Source: Zygophlyctis sp. KS116
Lineage: Eukaryota > Fungi > Chytridiomycota
NCBI GenBank assembly: GCA_054661495.1
Contig: BAAFSQ010000185.1
Coordinates: forward strand, 1 to 20,130
Direction: 5' to 3'
Length of the DNA stretch: 20,130 nucleotides
In this document: positions 1 through 10,858 of the stretch, one piece after another
Layout of the letters: every line of letters begins with the position of its first letter
Position numbering within the stretch: the first letter of the stretch is position 1
Program-made: the position numbers and the translations under genes
Notes under the pieces: generated by a model
Databases searched by the model: none
What the model saw: the letters and a program-made list of their open reading frames with translations, nothing else
Told to the model about the DNA's origin: nothing

Positions 1-264
1 AGAGCTCACATTCTAAACACACACCTTTCAGTAGCATCTAGAAAGCCAGTCTCTCAAGTAAGTGATTTTATCGTTACCTTTTTAAGTATCAATTCACACT
101 TCATCTTCCTCGCTAGACGGTAAAATATACTATCTAGACTTTCAACTCTTCGTTTACTGTTGTCTGGATAGTTTCTATTATTAATTGTAGTTAAATCACT
201 GGAACTACGTTCCTTTTGACTAAAATTACCTAGAATAGAAGCCTTGGGTAACTCCATAGTCTTA

Positions 265-1470
265 TTAACTCTTTATGATTCGATTTACTTTTTGTAACCA
301 AGGAATACCAAGAACCAAACCGTATTTCAGACCGCTATTCACCAGTAAATCGATTATGCAGTCTTTTGACTGTCCATTGCAAGTAACAGTCACTTTGACG
401 TTTGGTAAACAATTCTTAATTTCCACCGAACTACCGTCAGCCAAGACTGCCGAACATGGTTTGTCAAGTCTTTTCAGTTCTAATTGTCTTCGATCAACAT
501 AATCTTTAGAAATGAAATTCGAATTAGCTCCACTATCTACGAGTGCAGGAAGATTGAACAAGTAATTATTCCCATTACCACTAACATGAAGAGAAGTGTT
601 AATGAAAATAGCTGAGTCTCTTCGATTATAAGAGAAGTTGAGAGCCGATATTTCGATTGAATTAAGAGCTTTTTTAACTGGTCTTTTAGGGAAGAGTTAA
701 AATCATGACCAGGCTCTCCACAATAGGCACACAAATTCAAATCTTTTCTTCTCTTAAGGAGAAACATGGCGAAATCCCTTAGAATCAGTTAAATAAACTG
801 AATCTAATTGTTTGAGGAGAGGAGGAGCCTCTCTGATCACGATCAGATGGTATCGGTCCTCGATAAAATGAAGTTTTGGGATGATTATTGTAACCACTTG
901 AAATATTTCGAGAATTTTGGTAATGACCACGGTCCAATTTTCTGTCGTATAATCTCTGATCAATCTTAATACAGAAATTAATAAAATTATCCAAATCTTG
1001 AGGTTCTTCAAAGGAAGTTGCAAGAATATCCTTGATATCATCATTTAATCCAAAACGAAATACGTCCAAGAGTGCATCCTCATTATAACCGGTCTCCGAG
1101 GCAAGACGTCGAAATTTAGCAGAGTAAGTTAATACAGATCCTTTTCCCTGGCGAAGTCGTTTCAGGGAAGCACAAGCATGATGCTTGGCATTTGGGTCAC
1201 CAAATAGAGCTTTAAATTCCTAAACAAACTGAGGGTAATCATCCAACAAGTAATTTTTGTTTTGAACCACATCTCTGAACCAGGACAAAGCTTCATCGGT
1301 CAGAAGAGTACCAATAAAGCGAGTTTTGAATTGATCACTCCCATATCTAGCAGGTTGGAGTGCAAAAATATTTTCTATCGAGACCAAAAAATCCCGAAAT
1401 TTTGAGATAGATCCACTGAACTTCTCTGGAAGAGAAACTTCTCGAGACAAACCATGATGTGGAGTAGAGA
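265..1470 (-). mobile_element. Ty3/gypsy LTR retrotransposon gag-protease relic with stops and frameshifts
   Basis: LPEKFSGS..FRDF, FIGTLLTDEALSWF, then past a stop at 1220 LRQGKGSVLTYSAKFRRLA and FRFGLNDDIKDIL (retrotransposon gag). Degenerate knuckle CAYCGEPGH. Aspartic protease ALVDSGANSNFIS..LVLGIPWL. Confidence 0.92.
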
Positions 1471-1475
1471 CACTA

Positions 1476-1744
1476 ACTTTAAGGAGCCGTTTATAATCAC
1501 ATGACTTTAATGGCTCTTTTAGAGAGCCAATTGTGATCATCTGATATGAATTCGAATCAAATATTATACAATAATACTTGAGTTTTAATTGTATTTTTCG
1601 TAATCAATAAATAAATTATTGACAAAATTTACCTCCATTTCCTTGATTAATTTTTTATAGAAGGCAAGCTATCTTCAAACATATTTGCGGCAGGCTATCT
1701 TCAAACAAATTTGCAGCAGGCTAGTTTAAAACAAATTAGCGGCA
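1476..1744 (-). repeat. Dispersed repeat copy A, inverted homologue of 14935-15204
   Basis: Its reverse complement aligns collinearly with 14935-15204 (gaagatagcct, ctataaaaaattaatcaa, ggaggta, tcaagtattattg, atatttgatt, tggctct, catgtgatt, ttaaagt). Confidence 0.85.
1663..1744. repeat. 26-bp tandem repeat, about 3.2 copies
   Basis: ggcaagctatcttcaaacatatttgc / ggcaggctatcttcaaacaaatttgc / agcaggctagtttaaaacaaattagc / ggca. Confidence 0.93.
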
Positions 1745-1882
1745 TCTTGTTTCACTTGTACAGTCAACTAAAACACATAGCCGCACATTCTTTAAAAAAT
1801 TCAATATGAAACTAACAGCTATTATCAAGAACTGCGACATGAACATAAATATCATTCATGATACAGACCATTACAATCAAAT

Positions 1883-2627
1883 ATGTCAAGAGCATTGGCT
1901 GAAGAGGCGGAACGTTCCTCTAGACAGAGTGTACTAGAGGCAACTCTAGCAAACAGACCAGAGTAAGACAGTTTAAAACAAGTTTTTTTTAGAAATGCTT
2001 CAAATGCATATAAATCAAAGCAGAATGAGTTCTTTATCTGGTGTCAAAACAATCCACTCTACGCATATGAACGGGTACCTGAGTTGGTAAACGGGGGAAA
2101 ATTACTCCTTTTTTTGAATACGCAAGACGGCAGAGTAAGAAGAAAGCGTCGAAGAGGTGATGTGGAAGTATCTGTTATTGGAATAAAAACTTATGAAGGA
2201 TATTTAAACGCAATTGTGAACTTGTGGAAACAGCAGGTAATTTTCTGACCATTTGCTGAATCTTAGCCAGCCCAAGAGATAACTATGTTACTAGGTTTTT
2301 AGAGCACAAGAAAAACATACTGAACCACTGCGAAAGGGATAAATTAGAGCGGAGATAATAGCTCAAACTGCTCCACGACAGAAATTTGAAATGATCCGAG
2401 ATGAAAAAATGACCTTAAAATAGCTTTGGGAAGAATATTCTATTGGATATCCACTTAGGGTACCTCCCATTCCTTCTATAAGGTCACTGGAAACTGAAGG
2501 TATCTACTGGAGAGAAGGTTCAGAATGTCGTTTCTTTAAGTAAGGTCCAGTTATCGATAATGGTATGTCAAATGATGCAGCAATGATTGCGGTGGAAGCT
2601 ATTTTAATGAAATTGAGCAATTCTTGA
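1883..2627 (+). mobile_element. CryptonF-like relic: N-terminus fused to a GCR1_C-like domain, recombinase core missing
   Basis: Removing a 30-nt intron (1963-1992) gives RPENASNAYKSKQNEFFIWC..VNGGKLLLFL..YLNAIVNLWKQQ. A second 30-nt GT-AG follows at 2237-2266, then SPRDNYVTRFL and FEMIRDEKMTLK*LWEEYSIG..PSIRSLETEGIYWR (GCR1_C pattern). Confidence 0.8.
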
Positions 2628-2848
2628 GTCCGAGCAAGGTCCGAATGCATCCTTGAATGCATCCTTTAACTTTCTTTTGATTATTTACCGTACTAGGTCT
2701 AAAGACGAGAATAAGATCGAATGATATTATTATGTCAAAATTAAATATAACCAGCGGTCTTCATTTAACGTGGAGGACTTGGTCGCGACACGGAAATTTT
2801 TTTGGGTTATATTTTTTAATTATACATGAACTCCAACCAAGTAATTAA

Positions 2849-2859
2849 GGAGATGTAGT
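2849..2859 (+). other. Putative gypsy polypurine tract/LTR junction GGAGA|TGTAGT
   Basis: The identical 11-mer occurs on the minus strand at 3594-3604 and 13995-14005. It is preceded by a weak chromodomain-like relic (YYVK..EDL). Confidence 0.5.
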
Positions 2860-3593
2860 GTATAATTATTTTTAATTTTATCCTTATATTTCTAGCTTTG
2901 GATATAAAAGTTTAGTTGTAATTTGCGATGCTAGGTATCATTGACCTTTCCCATCAAAGACGTACAATCGTAAAAAGTGTAATAGAACATGCGACAAATT
3001 AAGATAATGCAAGGTATAAAACGCCAGCTATCGCCCGCTATCGAGAGGTACCGACTTACCAACTCCTGATTGGCCTATCTTGATTACATAGCAGCTAAAA
3101 CATTATTTTAAGTAGCAATCAAGAAATTTAACAAACCAAATGTCCATTGGACAAGGATTGACAAGAAGTTTGATAGATTAATTGACAAATAAACCAATTA
3201 TAATATAATATTTTTAATGAGAAATCAATGAAGTTGACCGTCAACCCGAGAAAAATGTTTCAACAAGATACAGAACAAGAATCAGCACAAGCTTAAAACA
3301 AATATTAAGTGTAAGAGCTGAAGGAAGAAGAATCAGTCTAATGACTGAAAGAAGCCAATCCCGACAACATAACCTTTGGCGAATCTCAAGAACATCAGGA
3401 TGTTGATAGTCGAATTATACTTGTTCCGGTCGGATGGACTATAACTTTGAAAACGGCTTATAAGTAAGCTAAAAGATATTCCTACTAAAAAAACAACTTT
3501 TATCCCTTTTATAATCTGCGGGTTTGAGTTTTTTTTGAAGTGTTCATGATTCACGATCGAAAAGCGAGAGTAATTTGAGAATTGAAAGTAAAT

Positions 3594-3604
3594 ACTACAT
3601 CTCC
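3594..3604 (-). other. Putative gypsy polypurine tract/LTR junction
   Basis: Minus strand reads cagggaga TGTAGTA. Confidence 0.5.
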
Positions 3605-3962
3605 CTGATTAAGGAAGTACATACCTTACTTCTTTTTATTAGAGATCTGAAGAACCCTTAAGCGTAACATTAGAGTTTGCAATTTGATATAAGCTATACA
3701 GATCTTAAATATGAGTGAATTAGCTGAAGAAATTAGAAATAGATTTAATTGAATTCAGCCAGAGATACGGGATTTATTATTGATTTAAAGATAAACCTCT
3801 AAAAAAGAATAAACCCAACCACAAAGATGTACCACCCGTAAAATCTTTAATGTCTGACTTATCATGAGTAATCCAAGGCTTTAAGTTAACCCTAAGAGTC
3901 GAATCTAACACTATCAGGTCCAATTAACCAATCAGTACCATACATTTACTGTAAGATCATCT

Positions 3963-4190
3963 GTGGTTTGTATGATATCACATTCAAATTATCCCCGACA
4001 AGCAAGTGGCATGCCTAACGACGTTTACATCAGGGAGTAAATAAATCAATTACCTGAAAGAATGGAAAGGATGCTTGATAATAAATATTTGGCAGCTGGT
4101 CAGCTAACTGCCAGTGCTTTCGATGAAACGATGAACGAGGTTTGCCGAGAATATAAACAATCAAATGAGTCAGGCAATAAGAGACATACG
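3963..4190 (+). pseudogene. Possible CryptonS-like C-terminal region relic
   Basis: ASGMPNDVYIRE*INQLPERMERMLDNKYLAAGQLTASAFDETM resembles the ATGIPPHV..AAG.IT segment I recall from oomycete-type Cryptons. Confidence 0.4.
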
Positions 4191-4639
4191 AGCATTGCAC
4201 TCACCAATTGATCAACAGAATTTGTCTTTACAAGAACAAGAATCCCTTCCTACTCAAAATAATAGATCAGAGAGCGGTTTTGGATCATGGTGATTTATTT
4301 CTCAATTTAACATGGTGCCTCGCAACTTTAAATTGCCAGCTGATTTTAATTGAAAACTATTTTGTAGCTAGGTCGTCTGGACGAACATTTTGTCGTCATC
4401 GCCCAATTTTTGTTTTTCATGACGGGGAATTACTACCCTTAGACCCTTATTATTAATTAACAGAAGTTTACCTTAAGAGTGGTTGTCTGCTGCACATTGC
4501 CATATTGATCATCGCTGTACTAAGCACATGAGCCCCGCTTACTCCCTCTGTATTAAACATTTTAATTCCAATCTCTGAAATTTTAGGTTTAGACCGTAAG
4601 AAAAAAGTCGGCTGAAGGTTAGGGTTAGTTTCTTTTTTT

Positions 4640-4960
4640 GGTATATAGAGTTACCTCATTATTATCCTTCCAAAAACCATAGACTATTTAATCAAAGAAG
4701 TCCGAGTCGACCATATCTACCATTGTATTTTTCCCCTATCGACCAAACCAACTTCCTCATCCTGCATTTCTTCAATTTTTTTCAATTTCAGGATTGTGGA
4801 CACACGCTTTGGACGAGTGGGCGGTGGTCCGGATAAGAGTTTTCTGGCCCTGTTGACAGCTAAGAAGTGTTTAAAAATTATGATATATACAGCATGTTGC
4901 TGGTCACTCCATAAGCTGACAATCGGGTTTGCATATTGGCAAAGTGATCTTTTATTTCCT
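4640..4960 (-). mobile_element. Second CryptonF-like N-terminal relic
   Basis: YANPIVSLWSDQQHA|31-nt intron 4890-4860|LSTGPENSYP, frameshift, PTRPKRVSTILKLKK..VDRGK. Same LW..Q / PR..V / DRG motif order as CryptonF and the 1883 relic. Confidence 0.65.
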
Positions 4961-5080
4961 CTAAAAATAAAATCATTTTGTTTTCTGTGACATAGTTTCA
5001 TAGCCTTTCTGTTTACAACATTCCTATCATTAAAATAATTAATAAATATATAATGAATTCTAATGCCTTGGGGTCATACA

Positions 5081-5879
5081 CTACTGAGCATTAACAACGG
5101 AGAAATGCTTCAGGTTGCTAATGGAGCAGAAACCTTTTTTAATTGACTTTATTCAATTAAAGGTATGCTTTTATTTAAAACTAAATGATTAGATGATAAT
5201 AAGTATAGGAATATGTATTTGAAATGTTTTGGAGGAGGAAAATTAAAAAATATTACCAAAACTAGAGGCGCTACAGAGGTGCCGCATGTAGCTTTAAATT
5301 TTATTGGTTGTGTACATCCAGAAACGTTAATTGAGTTTCTGAATATGCACGACAAAAACCACGACGGGTTTCTTGAAAGGTGCCGTCATAATATATAATA
5401 TGTAGATTTATCCTCATTTTTTTTATTAGGGTTAGGTTATTAACTTTTAAAGAATAGAATTTTGTTAAAAGAGGGAGAATTGGAAAAGGTTAGAATTAAG
5501 TTGATAAACTCTTTTAAATACAACAGAAGAATTAGAAACTTATTCAATAAATCTCCCGGTAGTTCTGTAGCAATGATCGAAAGGTAATGTAAAAATTTTA
5601 ATTCAAAGAATCATGTATTTGAAATAATTGGAAATTCTGTTTCAGACTTTTTAAGACAAATTTTCTGGGTTAGGGGTGTGGTTACATCATGACACAATAT
5701 TGAAAATGTTTCAACGTATTCAATTACATAAATTTGGGGATGTGCGATTAATATCATCCTCGTCTAATAGAAATATTGGAAAAGAATTAATCGTTTTAAC
5801 AAAAAGAAGTTTGGTGGACATTTTGCAGACAGCTCAAGGTCGAGCGAGATTTCGCCTATTTAGATTGAATAACCCTTAA
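5081..5879 (+). pseudogene. Intron-containing DUF3987-like (YfjI-type ATPase) gene relic, copy 1
   Basis: Splicing 5163-5192 and 5380-5405 gives LLSINNGEMLQVANGAETFFN*LYSIKDDNKYRNMYLKCFGGGKLKNITKTRGATEVPHVALNFIGCVHPETLIEFL..HDGFLERFIL. This matches the DUF3987 order: Walker-B DE (decayed to NG), G..(Q/H)P, DGFL.RF. No Walker A is present. Confidence 0.7.
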
Positions 5880-5929
5880 ACTTTTTTGAGTTTTTGCGTT
5901 AAATAGTGTACACAAGTTAAAAATGATGA

Positions 5930-6570
5930 ACAAATGATCAATTCAAGAACTGGGAAGATAAACAAACTTTGTAATACCTGCTTACGCATGTAGAGGATAT
6001 ATTATTCACCAAATTTACTATGACTCAAAGAATTGCCTTTATAATTGAAAACGACAAAGATTTTGATTTAAAAGGACTTTTCAAAGAACTGAACTAACCC
6101 TTCCCCGTACTATTTTTAAGCAATTAAAGTCAACCATGGATTTGGAAGATCTATTAAACCTCTCTTTATCTCAGATTGCTTATATTTGGAAAAGAAAAAA
6201 TGGCAATCTATTGAAAGGTACCATAGCTTGTACTGGACTGCTCGAAAATTCATCCGTTATGGATTTATTGAATTTAGATATTACTCAAGGTATTTTTGTT
6301 TACTTATGGAAGAATATGTTATTTTGAATACTGTATATAAAAATTTAAAAGCAGAGTATGGTATTGTTGATTCTACTTTTATAACGAATCAAGAAGTATT
6401 TGAAGTTTTCGTATACATACTTCTATCGGATGGGGAAGGTCATCCAGTCAGTTATCTTTTCAAAAGCAGAAATAGTAGTGAAGGAGATAGAAAGAATGCA
6501 CTTATTAGTTGGTATCTTATCATGATTATGTAATAAGTAGGTTTAATTCTTGAAATAAAACCTGAAATTT
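5930..6570 (+). mobile_element. Mutator/MULE-like DDE transposase relic
   Basis: SRTGKINKLCNTC. A 23-nt intron (6290-6312) joins ORFs 6136 and 6186 in frame: SQIAYIW..IVDSTFITNQEVFEVF..DGEGHPVSYL (first catalytic D motif, D.T..TN..G.P). Further intron at 6512-6540. Confidence 0.78.
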
Positions 6571-6572
6571 AT

Positions 6573-7050
6573 CCGAATTTCAATGCTCTTTTCAATTTAA
6601 AACGCCAAGATTCAGTTGATGAAGTTTACTCAGGAGACCTATCTTAGCTTCGTAGGACAGTACGTACTTAGACTGTCTGCCATTTTACATATTATAGAGG
6701 AGGTATAATTAATAACATTTACGAAGAGGCTTTAAACTCTATGATTGAAAAAGGATTAGTTTTAGCGCAGTGTTTTATGAACATGAAGTTTCCTTTTAAT
6801 TATTAAATTTTTACAGAATAATTATGAAAGACGATTGTCTTAAAACATTTATCAGTTATTCATTTGAAGAAGAATCCGAACAAATTGAAGCGCTGGCAAT
6901 AAATCCTACTCCAGAAATAGTTTCTTTGGTTCAGAGGTTGTTAAAATTGATTTAATAATAGGATCTTATCCAAAGTTACAAACTAATTGAAGTAGAAAAA
7001 TTTTGAAATATTGCGGTCAAAAATTCTACTTCAAATCGTAATTTTGGAAA
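6573..7050 (+). pseudogene. DUF3987-like gene relic, copy 2 (C-terminal part)
   Basis: YSGDLS*LR, frameshift, GQYVLRLSAILHII (K...LRLA..LH pattern). SEQIEALAINPTPEIVSLVQR|IL aligns with copy 1 TEELETYSINxPGSSVAMIER|IM, with a 25-nt phase-2 intron at the same position. Confidence 0.6.
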
Positions 7051-7149
7051 AGAAATATATATATTGAAAAAATATATATCATCTTATTTAATCTCTACTG
7101 CTCAAGGGTGAGCCAGATTTAATCTATTTCGATTAAATAGAGATTTACT

Positions 7150-7760
7150 TGATAGATCTTTTGATTAAAATTTACTAAGAATAGTGAAACAGAAACATGA
7201 TTTTGCCCGCAAAAGAATGTAAGAATTTTTAACTTCATTCTGCATAATGCCATAATCCAATTCGTTTCCTTCTTTACAATTTACATAACAAAGTGGATTC
7301 TATCTGCATGACTAAAAGTTATATTTAAAGCCGGAGAACCATTATTAATAATTGCTGATTTAACTTCATGCCTGCGGCATTTTTTGTGGGTTTTACAAAA
7401 TCTAGCATGTAAAGAAATTACACGAGTATGATATAAAAAATCATCGGCTGTATTTGAATGGGTTTTATTTCCTAACTTTGCTTATAACGATGTACGAATT
7501 TCTTCCAAAGTGATATGATTGATGTTATCCAGTGACATCGATTTAACTTTAAATGAAATTTTGGTGAACAATAGAATCATAAGCGTGAAATATGAAGTTG
7601 ATATCTCTACGGAATATTGGATTATCAATTTCTAGTAAATATTTTATAGTCTCCTCGTAAGTGGTTTTGGACGCCCTTTTTTATTAAAAGATTGTCCTAT
7701 AGCCAGTGGAATAACCTAATAATTGTGGGAATGCATGCGTATAAAAATGTTATGATTGAT
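7150..7760 (-). mobile_element. Helentron/Helitron2-type Rep N-terminal (Helitron_like_N) relic
   Basis: Minus strand: AFPQL..G..GRPKPLT..ETIKYLLEIDNPIFRRDINFIFHAYDSI..RRHEVKSAIINNGSPALNITFSHAD..QNHVSVSLF. Confidence 0.8.
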
Positions 7761-7929
7761 GATCTAAAGAAGATGAACCTTCCAACATGGCTATACAGTC
7801 TTCAGGAAGGTTAGAAGTTAGGGTTGGATATGATTCTTATTTCGAAAACCAGTCTGTCGTTCAGGGATGAGAGATTTATTCAATTACTCTCATACATTTC
7901 CTTAAAAGAGAAAACCTTCATCAAAAATA

Positions 7930-9130
7930 CATGATGACTGCAATTCTTCTAAACTTTTGCCTACATCGATTGTTGAAGGCTTTCCTAATGAGCATTCTGC
8001 TATTAAATCTTGTGATTCCTCGTCCACTATTGTTGTAGTACACTGATCAAAATCATCAAGGAATTCATTTTCTGGATATTGATTTATAATATCATGAGAT
8101 AGCTGTACGTTCTAATAACCGGGACAGTAGTTTTTTAACCACTGAAGCCACATTTCAACTTTCGACTTTGAATTACTAAAATATTTATTGAAGGTAGCTA
8201 GCGATCAATGTTAATTGGGAACTGTACCAGGTACTTCTAGTACTGAATTTTCAGGAAAAGTAGAAGTTCTGATTTTAGTTATTTCTTCCAAGGGGGCTTT
8301 ATCAGATTTTTGGCTTTTGCTAGAGTTTTCATCTGGAAAAAATGGGGTTTAGGGTATGTTATAAAAGCAACATCCTTGAAAACGAGAAATGAGTTAAATC
8401 TTCCTTCAGGGTTTACATCAATCACATTGTACCCTTTGGATTCCTTGGAAATACCAACAAAGCGAAGAAGAGATTTTGAGCGCCTAGTAAGTATGTAAGT
8501 ATGAAGAAGCTCCCCTGCACGCGATAAGGGAGAGCCGCTTTCAGGTGGAAAAGAAATTCTTGTACACTCAAGACATGTCTTACAGTCTGAAAAAACATCA
8601 TTAAAAGCGATCTTTTGCGAAATGAGGAGTTTCTTAGTAGCTTGGTTGTTCAGATGACCGAATAAATTATGCCAATTATGTCGACAACATGTTGCAGCAG
8701 GTCTTCTTTCCACAACGTAGAGTCCATTTATCTGACTACAGTTCAATATTGATTCCTTTTTTTCTTTTTGAATAAACTGCTCTACTCCAATTGTTCTCTG
8801 AATTTTAATATAGTTACCTTTATAAAATATAGAGACAAAGTTTTCATTAGCAAGGCTAGAGACAAAGATGATTCCACCATACGATTGTTACACGTTCCGT
8901 CAATTATTGAGGCCATTGTAACATCTTTGTTTGCCTCTGCTTTTTCTCCTGCATACTCCTTTGGCAATTTTGACAGTAGGCGCTAAATGGTCAACTTTAA
9001 TACTTCAGTTGAGCCTCCTAGGGCAGCTACAAATGATCTTTCAATTAATTTGTTTGATTCTTGTGCACTTGTATTTATATCTTCCTCAGTAGATACCGTC
9101 ATTGGTGCAGATAACTTGTAGAGTAATACA
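7930..9130 (-). mobile_element. Ty1/copia relic: gag remnant, GAG-pre-integrase, deleted integrase, SH3-like tail
   Basis: GLYV..WHNLFGHLN..CKTC..GELLHT joined almost directly to FVGISKESKGY..KDVAF. Confidence 0.85.
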
Positions 9131-9329
9131 CTAGATTGTCAATTCTGAAAAAATTCGAAAAGACTACTGGGTAAAACCTAACATTTTTTTCGGGTTAGAA
9201 TTTTTTCAAAAGTCCTAGGTTAGGGAACACCTGAATTATTTTGAGGCAGAAGAAATCCTAGGAACAAAACTAGCAGAGTTGCAAGTACTTATCTTTTTAT
9301 CCTGTCTTAGCCGGTAAAATCGGTTATCC

Positions 9330-9600
9330 AAGTCCACAATATAAGGGTTTTCAAAATATCGGGGAGATCTTAGGGTTGGCGATCTCTTAATTCATTCTTA
9401 AAGCTCTGCCAATGAGTGGCATGGCTGAGTCAGGAGAAATATTGGAACGATATACCGACTCCGAAAATTTAGTTCAATAGCTTAGAACAGATTAGGATTT
9501 ACCCTGACTTAGACACAAACGTACATCAGTTGCATTTCTCTTTGCAAAGCTTAGCAGGAACTCGGCAATCTCGAGGGACAGAAGTTTTCTCTGGTTTTTA
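9330..9600 (-). mobile_element. Highly decayed gypsy gag remnant
   Basis: LSQGKS*SVLSY*TKFSE fits the L.QG..SV..Y...F gag motif. Confidence 0.45.
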
Positions 9601-9894
9601 TTAAGTCTAAGGTAAATTGATTGCAAGATTAAAATTGGCTCCTTTGTGTGCGGCTGGTGAGGACTAGAAAGACTTGCTGAGTATTCTTAAATAACTACCC
9701 GATGGAAAATTAGGAAAGGTTCCTTTTACTGCTACAATTTGGAATACTTCTGCTAAATCGTATGCTTTGCAACCGGAATTAGATTAAAAGTCCTCCTGGT
9801 TGCAAAGTATGGGGTGAAAGCCCTCAATAGTAACTGAGGATCCCTTGAGCGCCCATTGGAGTTTGAGGTTGGGATGTATTATTTTCTGCATTCA

Positions 9895-10202
9895 TACTTT
9901 CGTTTTCTTTAGAGCAGAGATATTTCACAAAGGTAGGAAATATTGGCACTTTATCAACTAAACAAGCTTTGAAATGGTAATCAACTCTGGTTCAAAGTTA
10001 ATCTGCTCTTATACAAGGCTTAAGTAACTCAAAACTGAAAGCTGAAATGATGATACAGAAACGTAAAAAGAAATGGATCAGCTCTGTCTTACTATACAAG
10101 ACTCAGAGCTATCTCAATATTACAGGATTTGATCAAGATGCTCAAATTTCTGCTTTTCGTAATAGAGATTCTGATACGATAAACGATATTTTGGCTACCT
10201 CA
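9895..10202 (+). mobile_element. Decayed gypsy gag remnant related to the gag at 785-1470
   Basis: IGTLSTKQALKW*STLVQ vs IGTLLTDEALSWFRDVVQ. TGFDQDAQISAFRNRDSDTINDILATS vs TGYNEDALLDVFRFGLNDDIKDILATS. Confidence 0.75.
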
Positions 10203-10858
10203 TTGGCATATAGCTTGAGGTAAGAATTCGTCCCATCTGTCTGGTTGTCCCTCTCCTAGTTTAGCAATCACTCCTCTCAGCATTCCATGCATTCTCTCTA
10301 CCATCCCATTTGTTTGAGGATGATAAGGTGTACTTGCTCGATGTTTAATCTTCTGTAATCTTTCATAACTCTTGATACTATCTGCCAACAATGATGATCC
10401 ACGATCAGAAAATATTTCATAAGGTGCACCATAATTAATCAAAATATCATTGTATAAACATTCAGCAACCGTGTTTGCTCCATTTTTTTACTGCCTTACA
10501 CACAACCCACCTAGTTGCATAATCGATAGCAGTGATAATATGTCTGTTACCCCTCTTAGTTACTTGTAAATTTTGTATGAAATCCATACCCCATCGCTCA
10601 AAAGGTAATGCAGCAGGTTGAATGGGCTTTAAATTAGCGTGTTTTACCCTAACCTTTTTTGTGATTGATCCATTTGACATTGTGGACACGTCTTTAAAAA
10701 TTCTTCAATGAATCTCACCATATCCGGAAACCAAAACCGTTCTTGAATTATTCTGAAGATTGACTGAGTTTTTAAGTGTCCAAGAGCTACATGATATTTC
10801 TCCACTATACCTGATCTTTCCTTATATGGCAAGTAAGGAATAGATCCTCCTCCTTGGA
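10200..10858 (-). mobile_element. Ty3/gypsy integrase fragment (HHCC zinc finger and DDE core), frameshifted
   Basis: YHVALGH..CPQCQ, PFERWGMDF, IDYATRW, SDRG, TPYHPQTNGMVER, WDEFLPQA. Confidence 0.95.

Noticed and set aside
1476-1540. N-terminus of ORF 1220..1540 as part of gag
   Set aside because: The first ~21 codons belong to the dispersed repeat shared with 14935-15204, so the ORF is probably a chance fusion.
1663-1744. CRISPR-like array
   Set aside because: Head-to-tail units with no spacers, no cas genes and a eukaryotic context.
4796-4990. VGGGPDKS as the Walker A of the DUF3987-like gene
   Set aside because: Poor GxxxxGKS fit, and the opposite strand is better explained as a Crypton.
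9167-9178. Copia primer-binding site (ggttttacccag on the minus strand)
   Set aside because: Only loosely similar to GGTTATGAGCCC-type sites, with no clear LTR end.
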